Positions 50,045 to 60,028 of a stretch of 64,000 nt of DNA are shown in pieces. Location of the stretch: the NCBI GenBank assembly GCA_963557715.1, contig CAUWCN010000006.1:3468-67467 (forward strand). The letters run 5' to 3'. The notes beneath the pieces are model-generated. The model was given only the letters and a program-made list of their open reading frames with translations, was not told the origin of the DNA and ran no database searches. A program made the translations under genes and the position numbers. Numbering within the stretch: the stretch's first letter is position 1; the number at the start of each line of letters is the position of its first letter. Origin of the DNA: an uncultured Atopobiaceae bacterium. GTDB lineage: Bacteria > Actinomycetota > Coriobacteriia > Coriobacteriales > Atopobiaceae.

Positions 50045-50806
50045 ATGGAAAACAAACCGTCCCAGGCGCCGCACCGCTCCACGATGCGCACGCTCGCCGT
50101 TCTCGACGCGCTGGCGCACAGCCCGCACGGCATGACCATGGCCGAGCTGGCGCGCGTGCTCGACGTGCCCAAGAGCAGCCTCTTCCCCATCCTGCACACC
50201 ATGGCCGACCTCGACTACGTCGCCCACGACGAGGGGACGGGTCGCTACGCGATCGACTTCAGGACGTACCTGCTGGGACGCGCCTTCGACTCCGAGCAGG
50301 TCGGCCTGCCCGTCATCGAGGCCGAGATGCGCCGCGTGGTGGCCGAGTGCGACGAGACCTGCCAGCTGGGCGTGCTCGACCACGGGCGCGTGCTCTACGT
50401 GGCCAAGGTGGAGTCCACGCAGCAGGTGCGCCTCTCGTCCGAGATCGGCAAGACCCTGCCGGCGCACTGCACGGCCATCGGCAAGGCGATCCTCAGCCAG
50501 ATGTCCGACGACGAGGTGCGCGCGCTGCTGCCGGAGCGCCTGGAGCAGCCCACGCCGCGCGCCGTCTCGGACGTGGAGCAGCTCGTCGCGGAGCTGCGCG
50601 AGGTGCGCGAGACGGGCTTCGCGCACGACCGCCAGGAGGTGCTCGAGGGCGTGGAGTGCATGGCCGTGCCCGTGCGCTGGGGGCAGTCGACCCAGTACGG
50701 GCTGAGCGTCTCCGTGCCGGCGTACCGCCTGAGCGACGCGTGCCGCAAGCGCGTCGAGCTGTGCCTGTCCGAGGCGCGCGACCGCATCGAGCACGCCCTG
50801 GGCTAG
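50045..50806 (+). CDS. IclR-family regulator
   Basis: RTL.VL..L, ELA..L..PKSS HTH, ET..LGV and LPAHCTAIGKA. Confidence 0.93.
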   Translation: MENKPSQAPHRSTMRTLAVLDALAHSPHGMTMAELARVLDVPKSSLFPILHTMADLDYVAHDEGTGRYAIDFRTYLLGRAFDSEQVGLPVIEAEMRRVVAECDETCQLGVLDHGRVLYVAKVESTQQVRLSSEIGKTLPAHCTAIGKAILSQMSDDEVRALLPERLEQPTPRAVSDVEQLVAELREVRETGFAHDRQEVLEGVECMAVPVRWGQSTQYGLSVSVPAYRLSDACRKRVELCLSEARDRIEHALG

Positions 50807-51070
50807 GGTCCACGGCGGCGGGAGGGGCGACGGTCGGGCCGCGGGCGAGAGGGGCGACGCGGGGCTCGCGACGTCCGCGGCCGCGCGGGGCGCGCCTCTC
50901 GCCGGACGGGCCGCGCCCGACGAGCGCGCACACGAGAAGGGGGCCGCGCGCCGCGGGCACACGGCCCGGGGCACGGCCCCCTCGGCTGTCGGAGCCGGAG
51001 CCGTCGCGATCGCCGGGGACGAACCCGGCGCAGGCGCGGCGGCTCGGCGGCTCGCCAGTGCGGCGGCTCG

Positions 51071-51958
51071 CTAGAGCAGCGTCACCTGGAACTCGTACGA
51101 GCGGGACGCGCCGGGCGCGAGACGCTGCACGTTGCGCTTCTCCTCCAGGACGTCGCCCTCGTCGAGGCAGGTCGACAGGCCCGTCCACGGCTCGAGCGCC
51201 ACGAACGGCGCGTCGTTGCTGGCAGACCAGATCACCAGGTACGGGAAGTCGGCGAAGGAGACCTCGAGGCCGCCGGCGGAGCGGTGCGACAGCAGGCGGA
51301 CGCGGCGCGACTCGAGCTGGTCGCAGAGCTGGGCGTCGACGTGGAACAGGTCGTGGCGCAGCGCGAGCTCGCGGGTGCCGTCGAACAGCTCGTGGCGCTC
51401 GTTGACGTCGGCGAGGCCGGAGTCGGGCAGCGAGGTCGCGACGGTGCAGGACTCGGGGCGCTCGAACTCGAGGTAGCAGTCCTCGAACGCGTCGCCCTCG
51501 GCGAAGGGGCACCTGAAGGCGGGGTGGCCGCCGACGAAGAACGGCAGCTCCTCGTCGCCGGAGTTGGCGACGTCGTAGGAGACGCTCAGCGTGCGGCCGG
51601 CGACCGCGTAGCGAGCGCGCAGCTCGAAGTCGAACGGAAACTGGGCGCGCGTCTCGTCGTCGCTGGCGATCAGCATCGTGGCGTGCGACTCGTCGCAGGA
51701 CTCGAGCTGCCACTCGCGCTTGCGCACGATGCCGTGGCGCGCCATGGACACCTCGCGACCGTCGGCCGTGGTGGCACGCCCCTCTCGCAGTCCGCCGCAG
51801 ATGGGGAAGCAGATCGGGGCCTGGCCGGCCCAGTACTCGGGATCGCCGCCCCACAGGTACTCGGTGCCGGACGCGAGGTCGCGCACGGAGGCCAGCGTGC
51901 CGCCGGCGGTGGTGAGGTCGACCGCGATCTGGGACGTGGAAATGCAGCAGGTGCTCAT
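51071..51958 (-). CDS. aldose 1-epimerase family (LacX-like)
   Basis: EYLW.GD..YW...AP..FPI.G, HG..R, FPF.F, GGHPAF and FVALEPW.G. Confidence 0.85.
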   Translation of the reverse strand: MSTCCISTSQIAVDLTTAGGTLASVRDLASGTEYLWGGDPEYWAGQAPICFPICGGLREGRATTADGREVSMARHGIVRKREWQLESCDESHATMLIASDDETRAQFPFDFELRARYAVAGRTLSVSYDVANSGDEELPFFVGGHPAFRCPFAEGDAFEDCYLEFERPESCTVATSLPDSGLADVNERHELFDGTRELALRHDLFHVDAQLCDQLESRRVRLLSHRSAGGLEVSFADFPYLVIWSASNDAPFVALEPWTGLSTCLDEGDVLEEKRNVQRLAPGASRSYEFQVTLL

Positions 51959-52036
51959 GGCTCCTCCTCTGGCCCGGCGCACCTCGAGGCGCCGCTGTCA
52001 CCCATGGTAGCGCCTGTGCCGAGAAGGGCCGCGCGG

Positions 52037-52100
52037 CAGCCAGCCGCCAGACCGCCGTCAGCCAGCCAGCCGCCAGACCGCCGTCAGCCAGCCAGCCGCC
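52037..52100. repeat. 26-bp tandem repeat, about 2.5 copies
   Basis: cagccagccgccagaccgccgtcagc at 52037 and 52063, with a partial copy at 52089. Confidence 0.8.
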
Positions 52101-52120
52101 GGACAGCCCACACGCGCCGC

Positions 52121-52939
52121 CTACGCCGAGAAGGGCCACTCGCCGCGGGCCAGGGCCTCGATCGCCTGCGCCACCGCGTCGTCCTCGCAGCGCCCGACGT
52201 GCCAGCGGGCGGCGTCGCGCGCCTCGGGCGTCGCGCCCGCCACCGCCACCGAGTGCGTCGCCCGCTCGAAGAGCGCCACGTCGTTGCCCGCGTCGCCGAA
52301 CACCACGGCCTCGTCGAGCGGCACCGAGAGGTAGTCGCACAGCCACGCGAGCGCGCTGCCCTTGTTCCACCCATGCGCCATCATGTTGCAGAACATGGGC
52401 TGCGGCAGGTCGAAGTCCAGCTCGGGCACGCTGCGGGCGAGAAGGTCGACCATCGCGCGCGTCTCGTCGAGCGTGCCCCGCACGAACGCGTTGGCCTTGA
52501 CCACGGGGGCGTCCGGCACGCCGGGCGCGTCCTCGCATTCGCGCGCGTAGCGGGGGAACGCCACGGCGAGGTCCTCGCGCGAGCCCTGGACCAGCAGCGG
52601 CCGGTCGCCCGCGAACAGCACCATGCCCGAGCGCGGGACCTCGCGCAGCACGCGGCACGCCTCGCGCAGCGCCGACGGGTCCATCGTGCGCTCGCACACG
52701 AGCTCGCCGCAGTGCCAGACCTGGGCGCCGTTGGCCGCGATTGCGGTGGAGCAGCACGCCTCGTCGTCGCGGAAGAACCGCGGGATCCACCCGTAGAAGC
52801 GCCCCGAGACGGGACCGCACTCGATGCCGGCGGCCTGCGCCGCGTGGATCGCGTCGACGGTCCGGCGAGAGACGCGGTCGCGCCCGTACGGCATGACGGT
52901 GCCGTCGATGTCCGTCATCACGAGCCGGCACGCGCTCAT
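52121..52939 (-). CDS. Cof-type HAD phosphatase
   Basis: DIDGT, SGR, NGA, KG.AL and FGDAGND. Confidence 0.9.
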   Translation of the reverse strand: MSACRLVMTDIDGTVMPYGRDRVSRRTVDAIHAAQAAGIECGPVSGRFYGWIPRFFRDDEACCSTAIAANGAQVWHCGELVCERTMDPSALREACRVLREVPRSGMVLFAGDRPLLVQGSREDLAVAFPRYARECEDAPGVPDAPVVKANAFVRGTLDETRAMVDLLARSVPELDFDLPQPMFCNMMAHGWNKGSALAWLCDYLSVPLDEAVVFGDAGNDVALFERATHSVAVAGATPEARDAARWHVGRCEDDAVAQAIEALARGEWPFSA

Positions 52940-53937
52940 GCGACCACCTCCCCGTCAGCGTCGCAGCCCGGGGCCGCATCGTCGCAGCCCGGGGCCGCAT
53001 CGTCGCCGCCCGGGCCCGCGTCGCCGCCCGGGCCCGCGTCGCCGCCCGGGGCCGCGTCGCCGCCCGAACCCACGTCGCCGACCGAACCCACGTCGCCGAC
53101 CGGGGCCGCATCGCCGCCCGCGGCCGCGTCGCCACCAGTGCCCGCCTCGCGGCGCCCCTCTCGCCCGCAGCAGATGAGCTCGCAGCCGGCCTCGGCGGCG
53201 TCCTGGGCCACCGCGCCCGTGGGGTCGTCGTCCATCACCAAGGCGTCGACGCCCGAGAGCGTCCCGAACCACATGAGCCCCGACGCGCCCACCTTGGTGG
53301 CGTCCATGAGGACGAAGGTCCTCTCGGCGCTGGCCAGAAACGCGGCCTTGAGCTCGGCCATGGCCTGGTAGTTGGTCATGAGCCCGCGGCCCGGCACGTA
53401 GGCCGTGGGGGTGACGAAGGCCTTGTCGGGGTGGAGCAGCTCCATCGAGCGCAGCGCGAGCGGGCCGGCGGCGTAGCGATGGCCCTTGCGCAGGGTCCCG
53501 CCGAGCATGACGACGTCGAGCGCCGGCGCGGAGCGGTCAACGTAGTCGGCGATGGTGAAGTCGGCCGTGACCACGGTGACGCCGCGGCGGTCGGCCAGGG
53601 CGCGGACGAGCTCGAGCGCGGTGGTGCCCGAGTCGACGAGCACCGCGTCGCCGTCCTCGACGAAGCGCGCGGCGCGGCGCGCGATGGCGCGCTTGGCCTC
53701 GACGTTGACGTTGACGCGGCGGTCCTGGACCGACACGGTGAGCGTGCGCGACAGCGACACCGCGCCCCCGTGCGTGCGGCGCAGCTTACCGTCGCGCGCG
53801 AGGGCGTCGAGGTCGCCGCGGACCGTGACGCGCGAGACCCCGAAGGCCTGCGCAAGTTGCGTGACCTGCACCGACGGCGCGGACTCGAGCATGGACAGCA
53901 CCGCCGACCTGCGCTCCTCGGCCGACATCTCAGCCAT
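52936..53937 (-). CDS. DeoR/GlpR-family regulator with low-complexity C-terminal tail
   Basis: ERR..., F.VS..TVR.DL..L, RTHGGA, K.AIA and DSGTT; tail of (G)GDAAP-like repeats. Confidence 0.9.
   Translation of the reverse strand: MAEMSAEERRSAVLSMLESAPSVQVTQLAQAFGVSRVTVRGDLDALARDGKLRRTHGGAVSLSRTLTVSVQDRRVNVNVEAKRAIARRAARFVEDGDAVLVDSGTTALELVRALADRRGVTVVTADFTIADYVDRSAPALDVVMLGGTLRKGHRYAAGPLALRSMELLHPDKAFVTPTAYVPGRGLMTNYQAMAELKAAFLASAERTFVLMDATKVGASGLMWFGTLSGVDALVMDDDPTGAVAQDAAEAGCELICCGREGRREAGTGGDAAAGGDAAPVGDVGSVGDVGSGGDAAPGGDAGPGGDAGPGGDDAAPGCDDAAPGCDADGEVVA
52957..53135 (-). repeat. 18/21-bp coding tandem repeat (GGDAAP/GDVGS/GCDDAAP)
   Basis: About 9-10 degenerate units in the DeoR 3' end. 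Confidence 0.8.
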
Positions 53938-53964
53938 GGCCCCTCCCTTGTGTGTAGGAATTGT

Positions 53965-54014
53965 GTTTCCCTTTTCTTTCCTTTCGAGAAGGTATCACAT
54001 TTCGTTCTCTTTCG
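53965..54014. promoter_or_regulatory. TTTC direct-repeat array (DeoR/AgaR-like operator)
   Basis: gtttcccttttctttcctttcg...catttcgttctctttcg in an AT-rich patch between divergent deoR and aldolase; resembles CTTTC-N5-CTTTC AgaR sites. Confidence 0.55.
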
Positions 54015-54215
54015 CCTTGCAGCCCGCGAGCTGCCGCCGACGCCCGGCGAACGGCGCTTCTCGCCAGCTCGACGTGGCCCGCAACCGGGGCGGCCTGCCT
54101 TTGCTTTCGCATTCGCGCGGCCCGGGCGCACCGGGGCAGGGCGCAATGCGCGCGGGGCCCGTACAATGGGGGCAGACGCGCCGGGCACGGGGCCCGGCCG
54201 AGGAGAGGAGCCAAC

Positions 54216-55064
54216 ATGCTCGTTACCACCAAGGAGATGCTGCTCGACGCGCAGAGGAACCACTACGCCGTGGGCGCCTTCAACGTCGAGAACCTCGAGT
54301 TCGTCATGGCCGTCCTGGCTGCCGCCGAGGAGACCAAGTCCCCCGTCATCATGCAGACCACCTCGGGCACGATCAAGAAGACCGGCCTCGACTACTTCTA
54401 CGGCATGGTCAAGGCCGCTGCCGAGCGCGCCTCCGTGCCCGTGGCCCTTCACCTCGACCACGGCGACGGCTACGACCGCTGCATGAAGGCCCTGCGCACC
54501 GGCTACACCTCCGTCATGATCGACGGCTCCCACGAGTCCTTCGAGGACAACATCGCCCTGACTAAGTCCGTTGCCGACGCCGGCGCCTGCATGGGCGTGC
54601 CAGTCGAGGCTGAGCTCGGCAAGGTTGGCGGCAAGGAGGACGACGTCGAGGTCGAGGGCGAGTCCCCCTACACCGACCCGGCCGAGGCCAAGGAGTTCGT
54701 CGAGCGCACCGGCTGCACCTCCCTCGCCATCGGCGTCGGCACCTCTCACGGTGTCTACACCGAGGAGCCCCACATCAACCAGGACGTTGTGAAGGCCATT
54801 CGTGCCGCCGTCGACGTGCCGCTGGTCCTGCACGGCACCTCCGGTGTGCCCGATGAGCAGGTTGCCGAGGCTGTGAAGAACGGCATCTGCAAGGTCAACT
54901 ACGCCACCGAGCTGCGTCAGGCCTACACCAAGGGCTACATGGCGTACATGGCCGAGAACCCCAACAACTTCGACCCGAAGAACCCGGGCAAGGCCGGCGC
55001 CGAGGAGATCACCAAGATCGTCAAGATCCGCATGGAGAACCTCGGCTCCTGCAACCGCGCCTAG
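54216..55064 (+). CDS. class II tagatose/fructose-1,6-bisphosphate aldolase
   Basis: YAVGAFNV.N.E, LHLDHG, SVMIDGS, EAELG.VGG.ED, GTSHG, VLHG.SG and KVNYATEL; RBS GAGGAG; -10 TACAAT. Confidence 0.92.
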   Translation: MLVTTKEMLLDAQRNHYAVGAFNVENLEFVMAVLAAAEETKSPVIMQTTSGTIKKTGLDYFYGMVKAAAERASVPVALHLDHGDGYDRCMKALRTGYTSVMIDGSHESFEDNIALTKSVADAGACMGVPVEAELGKVGGKEDDVEVEGESPYTDPAEAKEFVERTGCTSLAIGVGTSHGVYTEEPHINQDVVKAIRAAVDVPLVLHGTSGVPDEQVAEAVKNGICKVNYATELRQAYTKGYMAYMAENPNNFDPKNPGKAGAEEITKIVKIRMENLGSCNRA

Positions 55065-55123
55065 CGACGCGGACGCGCGCGGCCGGGACAGGCTTCCGGA
55101 GCGCTGCGACGAACGAGCTCACA

Positions 55124-55156
55124 GGGGGCGCACCCACACGGGTGCGCCCCCTTTTT
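55124..55156 (+). terminator. intrinsic terminator
   Basis: gggggcgcaccc-acac-gggtgcgccccc-TTTTT. Confidence 0.9.
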
Positions 55157-55271
55157 GCGTCCCGCGGCGGAACGCGGCGAGAGGGGCCATGCAGCGCGAC
55201 GGGCACCGGCGAAGAGTCCCAGGCCGAGAAGGACACAGATCGGTCGCTGCGAGGGCCCTCGGGTCGGGATC

Positions 55272-55446
55272 GAGGGGGTACTGTGACCAAAAACGCGCGA
55301 TTTGCGTGTCCAAAGCGGCCCTCTCCCGGGGAGGGAGGCGGCGGCCAGGCGAACAACTGGGCAAACGCAACGTGACAAGCGAACTCGGAGGGCTCGGCAC
55401 GCCGCCACATGCGCAAACCGCGCGTTTTTGGTCACAGCACCCCCTC
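55272..55446. mobile_element. MITE-like 175-bp element with 35-bp terminal inverted repeats
   Basis: gagggggtactgtgaccaaaaacgcgcgatttgcg / cgcaaaccgcgcgtttttggtcacagcaccccctc (2 mismatches); non-coding. Confidence 0.5.
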
Positions 55447-55627
55447 ACACGCAGCCTCGCCCCCGAAACCAGCGCAAGTGAGTCCCGCGCGCGCCTGCGC
55501 CAGAGCCCCCGCACGGCGAGAAGCGCCACGCGCGGCGACACGAAAGAGGCCCGGGCGCGCAGCTATGCGCACCCGGGCCGGGCAGTACGCTATGGCGCCG
55601 TCCGCCGCGGCGGACGGGCGAGGGACG

Positions 55628-56077
55628 CTAGAGGCCCTCGGAGACCAGGGCCGCGATGGCGGCGGGGTCGTCGGACTCGAGCAGCTTGGAACGCAGGGAC
55701 TCGTCCATGAGCTTGGCGGCGATCTGCGAGAGCAGCTGCAGGTGCGTGGTGCCGGCCTCGGCGGCGGGGACCAGCAGGGCGATGGCGCAGCGGACGGGCT
55801 GGCCGTCGGCGGAGCGCCACTCGACGCCGCCGTCGAGCTTGACGACCATGACGGCCGCGGAGCTGATGGCGTCGGACTTGCAGTGCGGGATGGCGAAGCC
55901 GCCGGTCATGCCCGTGGTGCCCTCGGACTCGCGGGCCTTGAGGGCGCCGGAGACGGCATCGGCGTCGCTGGCGACGCCGAGCGCGACCGCATTGGAGCCG
56001 AGGAAGTCCATGACCTCGTCGACCGTGGTGGCCTTGCAGCCAAGAAAGACGTGAGACGCAGAGACGAGATCGCTCAT
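55628..56077 (-). CDS. fructose/mannitol-family PTS EIIA
   Basis: RE...TTG...GFAIPH, V.W...D and HL..LS.IA..L. Confidence 0.88.
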   Translation of the reverse strand: MSDLVSASHVFLGCKATTVDEVMDFLGSNAVALGVASDADAVSGALKARESEGTTGMTGGFAIPHCKSDAISSAAVMVVKLDGGVEWRSADGQPVRCAIALLVPAAEAGTTHLQLLSQIAAKLMDESLRSKLLESDDPAAIAALVSEGL

Positions 56078-56287
56078 GAAGACTCCTCACCCGGCGGCAC
56101 GCGGCCGCACGTCGAACGCTGGCACTTCTCAACTTCCCCATATTAGCACTACACATGCCGCCCGCACGCAAATATGGCACGGTCGCCGAGAAGTGCTGAT
56201 CCCTCGCCGCCGCTTGTGTTAGGGAACGCGTACCACCCGCGCCGCCAGGACCCGCACCCGCCCCGGACGCGCCCGCACGCCACGTCG

Positions 56288-57241
56288 CTACGCCGTGCGC
56301 TCGCCGCGAAGGCGCAGCGCCTCGTACGCACAGCCGTACATTGCCGCCTGGTTGCCCAGGCTCGCCGCCTCGATGCGCGCCCCGGCGCTCGTCGGCAGCG
56401 CGTGCGCCGCGAACCGGCGCCGCAGCTCCGACGCGAACGCCGCGAACGACCCCGCCACTCCCCCGCCGATGAGGAACATCGACGGGTCCACCACGCACGA
56501 GACCTGCGCCATCGCGCTCGCCAGGTACTCGCACATCTGCTCGACCGCGCGCCGCGCGCAGTCGTCGCCCTCCGACAGCGCCCGGAAGACCGAGACGGTG
56601 TCCGTGGCGTGCTCCACCTCGACCGGCCTGACCCCGCGCCTCTCGCACTCCGCGAGGTACAGGCGCACGACGCCCTTGGCCGAGGCGTACTGCTCCAAGC
56701 AGCCGCGCCGTCCGCAGCCGCAGGTCAGCCGCTCGTGCGGGTTGACCGTCATGTGGCCGATCTCGCCGCCCGCGCCGAACGCGCCCGCCACCAGGCGCCC
56801 GTTGGCCACGACGCCGGCCCCCACGCCAGTTCCCAGCGCGATGAGGACGAAGCTGCGGACGCCGCGCGCCACGCCGGCCCACATCTCGCCGAGCGCCGCC
56901 GCGTTGGCGTCGTTGACGAAGGCCAGCGACGCGCGCGGGAACTCGGCGCTCAGCGCGCCGACGAGGCCCTCGGGGTCCAAGTCGATGTTGGCGAGAAGCC
57001 CCACGGTGCCGTCGTCGGCCACGGGCGCCGGGATGTCCAGCCCGCAGGCGACGACGTCGTCGGGGGTCGCATCGTGCGCGGCGAGCGCGCGGCCCACGCC
57101 CTCGGTCACCACGCGGTACGCGGCCTCGTCGACGAGCGCCGGAGTGGGCACGCGCCGCTCCTCGAGGAGCTCCCCGTCCGTGGTGAAGAGGCCGACCTTG
57201 ATGCTGGTGCCGCCCACGTCGATGCCGACGACCATGTCCAT
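56288..57241 (-). CDS. ROK-family sugar kinase (glucokinase-like)
   Basis: GIDVGGT, NDANAAALGE, LGTGVG and GEIGH...CGCG..GCLE. Confidence 0.9.
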   Translation of the reverse strand: MDMVVGIDVGGTSIKVGLFTTDGELLEERRVPTPALVDEAAYRVVTEGVGRALAAHDATPDDVVACGLDIPAPVADDGTVGLLANIDLDPEGLVGALSAEFPRASLAFVNDANAAALGEMWAGVARGVRSFVLIALGTGVGAGVVANGRLVAGAFGAGGEIGHMTVNPHERLTCGCGRRGCLEQYASAKGVVRLYLAECERRGVRPVEVEHATDTVSVFRALSEGDDCARRAVEQMCEYLASAMAQVSCVVDPSMFLIGGGVAGSFAAFASELRRRFAAHALPTSAGARIEAASLGNQAAMYGCAYEALRLRGERTA

Positions 57242-57711
57242 GAGAGCTCCTCTCGCCAGGGCCGCCCCTCCCGTCGGGCGCGGCCGCCTGTGCCCCCATC
57301 ATAGGGTGGCGAGGGGGACCCGGCGACGGCCCGGCGCCAGACGGCGCGAGCGGGGCGCGACCGGTCGCCCGCGCGGCCGGACGGGGTGGCGAGAGGCGCG
57401 GTGACACGGGGACGACGGGGTGACGAGGAGCGCGGCAATGCCGAGAGGTGACTCGACGCGGCGGCGCGGGGGCGACTCGGCGCGCGGCGGCCCGCGGAGA
57501 TGCCTCGACGCGCGGCCTGCCCCGGCGCCCGCACGGCCCGCCGCCGGCGACGGTGAACGGCCGGTGACGAGCGGTCCCGCGGCGCGCGGCGAGCGGGCGC
57601 CGGGGGCGCTAGACTGGCAGGAGGGCCGACCCCCGCGGCCGGCCCGCGACCACGTCCCACGCCCGGCGGGCCACGCCGCCCGCCGGCACCCAAGCGACCC
57701 AGGAGGCCCAG

Positions 57712-59328
57712 ATGCCCGACGACACCAACCTCACGGGGACCGTCCCCCAGGCCGACGGCGCGAGCGCCGTCCCCGTCCCCGGCCCCGACCCCGCCGTCAC
57801 CCCCGCCGCAACCCCCGCCGACGCCTGCGCCGACCTCGAGGCCCTCGACCGCCTCGAGCGCACGCTCTTCTCGCTGCGCTACGCCGCCGGCGAGGTCTCC
57901 TCGCTCGGCTCGGTCATCGACCCGCCCGCCGCGTGCGCCGACCGCGGCGAGGCGCTCGCCACGCTCATGCAGGCCTGGTGCGAGGCCCTCTGCGCGCCCG
58001 AGGTGGGCCCGCTGCTCGACCGGCTCGCGGCCCGCGACGACCTCGCCGGCGGCTACCGCGCCGACCAGGTGCGCATCCTGCGCCGCGACCGCGCGTCCAT
58101 GCTCGACGTGCCGCCCGAGCTCCAGGCCGAGCTCAGCCGCCTCACGTGCGAGGCCGACGAGGTCTGGCACCGCACCAAGGCGGCCTCGGACTGGTCGTCC
58201 TTCTCGCCGTACCTCGACCGCATCGTGGACGTCCAGCGCCGCTGCGCCCAGGCCAAGGACCCCTCGCGCGACCCCTACGACGTGCTGCTCAACGAGTACG
58301 AGTGGGGCGCCGACCGCTCGCTGTACGACCCGTTCTTCGACCGCGTGCGCGAGTGCGTGGTGCCGCTGCTGGCCGACTGCATGGCGAGCCGCCACCAGCC
58401 CGACCGCTCCGTGGTCGAGGGCACCTTCGACGCCGAGCGCCAGTGGCGCCTGGCCGAGGACCTCGTCGACCTCGAGGGCATCGACCGCGACGCGCTGTGG
58501 CTCGGCCGCACCGAGCACCCGTTCACCGGCGGCCCGTCCGGCAGCTTCGTCATCCTGGCGAGCCACGTCTACGAGGACGACCTGCTCTCCAACGTCTTCT
58601 CGATGCTGCACGAGGGCGGCCACGCGCTCGTCGAGCAGGGCGTGGCGCGCGAGCTGCGCCAGACCTCGCTGGCCGGCGTGAGCAACATGGCGCTGCACGA
58701 GTCGCAGTCGCGCTTCTTCGAGAACGTCGTCGGCCGCAGCGAGGCCTTCGCGGGCCCGCTGCTCGAGGCCCTGCGCCGCAGCTTCCCCGGGCAGTTCGCG
58801 CGCGTGACGCCTCACCAGCTCTACCTCGCCGAGAACGTCGTCGCCCCCAGCCTCATCCGCACGGAGGCAGACGAGCTCACCTACCCGCTCCACGTCCTGG
58901 TGCGCTACGAGATCGAGCAGCTGCTGCTGTCCGGCGAGGCCCGCGCGGACGACGTGCCGCGCCTGTGGGCCGAGAAGTACCGCGCCTACCTGGGCGTCGA
59001 GGTCCCCGACGACGCGCACGGCGCGCTGCAGGACGTCCACTGGTCCGGCGGCAGCCTGGGCTACTTCCCCACCTACGCGCTGGGCACCGCCTTCGCCGCG
59101 CAGTTCCGCGACGCCATGGTGGCCGGTGGCATGGACTTCGACGGGACGCTCGCCTCGGGCGACCTCGCGCCCGTACGCGACTGGCTGCGCGAGCGCGTCT
59201 GGAAGTGGGGCCGCTCCAAGGACTCGCTCGAGATCGTCGAGCTGGCGTGCGGCGAGCCCTTCTCGCCGGAGCACTACACCGACTACCTGACGCGCAAGTA
59301 CTCCGCCCTCTACCGCCTGGGGGCCTAG
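57712..59328 (+). CDS. M32 carboxypeptidase (Taq)
   Basis: HPF, HEGGH, HESQ, IRTEAD, YPLH, QDVHW and GYFPTY.LG. Confidence 0.95.
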   Translation: MPDDTNLTGTVPQADGASAVPVPGPDPAVTPAATPADACADLEALDRLERTLFSLRYAAGEVSSLGSVIDPPAACADRGEALATLMQAWCEALCAPEVGPLLDRLAARDDLAGGYRADQVRILRRDRASMLDVPPELQAELSRLTCEADEVWHRTKAASDWSSFSPYLDRIVDVQRRCAQAKDPSRDPYDVLLNEYEWGADRSLYDPFFDRVRECVVPLLADCMASRHQPDRSVVEGTFDAERQWRLAEDLVDLEGIDRDALWLGRTEHPFTGGPSGSFVILASHVYEDDLLSNVFSMLHEGGHALVEQGVARELRQTSLAGVSNMALHESQSRFFENVVGRSEAFAGPLLEALRRSFPGQFARVTPHQLYLAENVVAPSLIRTEADELTYPLHVLVRYEIEQLLLSGEARADDVPRLWAEKYRAYLGVEVPDDAHGALQDVHWSGGSLGYFPTYALGTAFAAQFRDAMVAGGMDFDGTLASGDLAPVRDWLRERVWKWGRSKDSLEIVELACGEPFSPEHYTDYLTRKYSALYRLGA

Positions 59329-59329
59329 C

Positions 59330-59794
59330 GTGCGGGCGCTCGTGCAGCGCGTCGAGCGCGCGCAGGTCGAGGTGGCAGGCGACGTCGTGGGACGCTGCGG
59401 CGCCGGCTACCTGGTGCTGCTCGGCGTGGCCCCGACCGACGACGAGGCGCTGGCCCGCAGGCTGTGGCACAAGGTGGCCACGATGAGCGTCTGCGCCGAC
59501 GACGCCGGCAAGACCAACCTCTCGATGCTCGACACGGGCGGGGAGGTGCTCGTGGTGAGCCAGTTCACGCTCTACGCCGACTGCCGGCGCGGCAACCGCC
59601 CCTCCTTCACGGGGGCGGCCTGCCCCGAGCTGGCGCGCGGCGTCTACGAGGCGTTCTGCAACGCGGCGCGCGAGGAGCTGGGCGAGGCGCGCGTGGGCTG
59701 CGGCGTCTTCGGCGCGGACATGCGCGTGGGCCTGGTCAACGACGGCCCGTTCACCGTGATGCTCGACACGGACGAGATGGGCTGGCGCGCCTGA
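59330..59794 (+). CDS. dtd: D-aminoacyl-tRNA deacylase
   Basis: MRALVQRV, SQFTL, GNRPSF, FGADM and NDGPFT. Confidence 0.95.
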   Translation: MRALVQRVERAQVEVAGDVVGRCGAGYLVLLGVAPTDDEALARRLWHKVATMSVCADDAGKTNLSMLDTGGEVLVVSQFTLYADCRRGNRPSFTGAACPELARGVYEAFCNAAREELGEARVGCGVFGADMRVGLVNDGPFTVMLDTDEMGWRA

Positions 59795-59891
59795 CGCGCG
59801 GCGAGGGGCGCCCCGCATGGTGCCCGGCATCGCGTCGGCATCGCGGCGAGAGGCGCCCGGCATGGTGCCCGGCATCGCGGCCAGCGCACAC

Positions 59892-59930
59892 GAGAAGGGG
59901 GACGGCGCCCGCAGGCGTCGTCCCCCTCTT
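59892..59930. terminator. bidirectional hairpin between dtd and the lipoprotein gene
   Basis: gggggacggcgcc-cgca-ggcgtcgtccccc. Confidence 0.65.
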
Positions 59931-60028
59931 GCGTCAGAGCGCGGTCGCCGCCCGGACGTCTGGGCCCGAAGGCGTCCCGAGCCGCGCGGCACCTCTCGCC
60001 GGGAGCACGCGGCACCTCTCGCCGAAGG

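Noticed and set aside
52037-53135. Short repeats as a possible CRISPR
   Set aside because: Head-to-tail tandem units without spacers.
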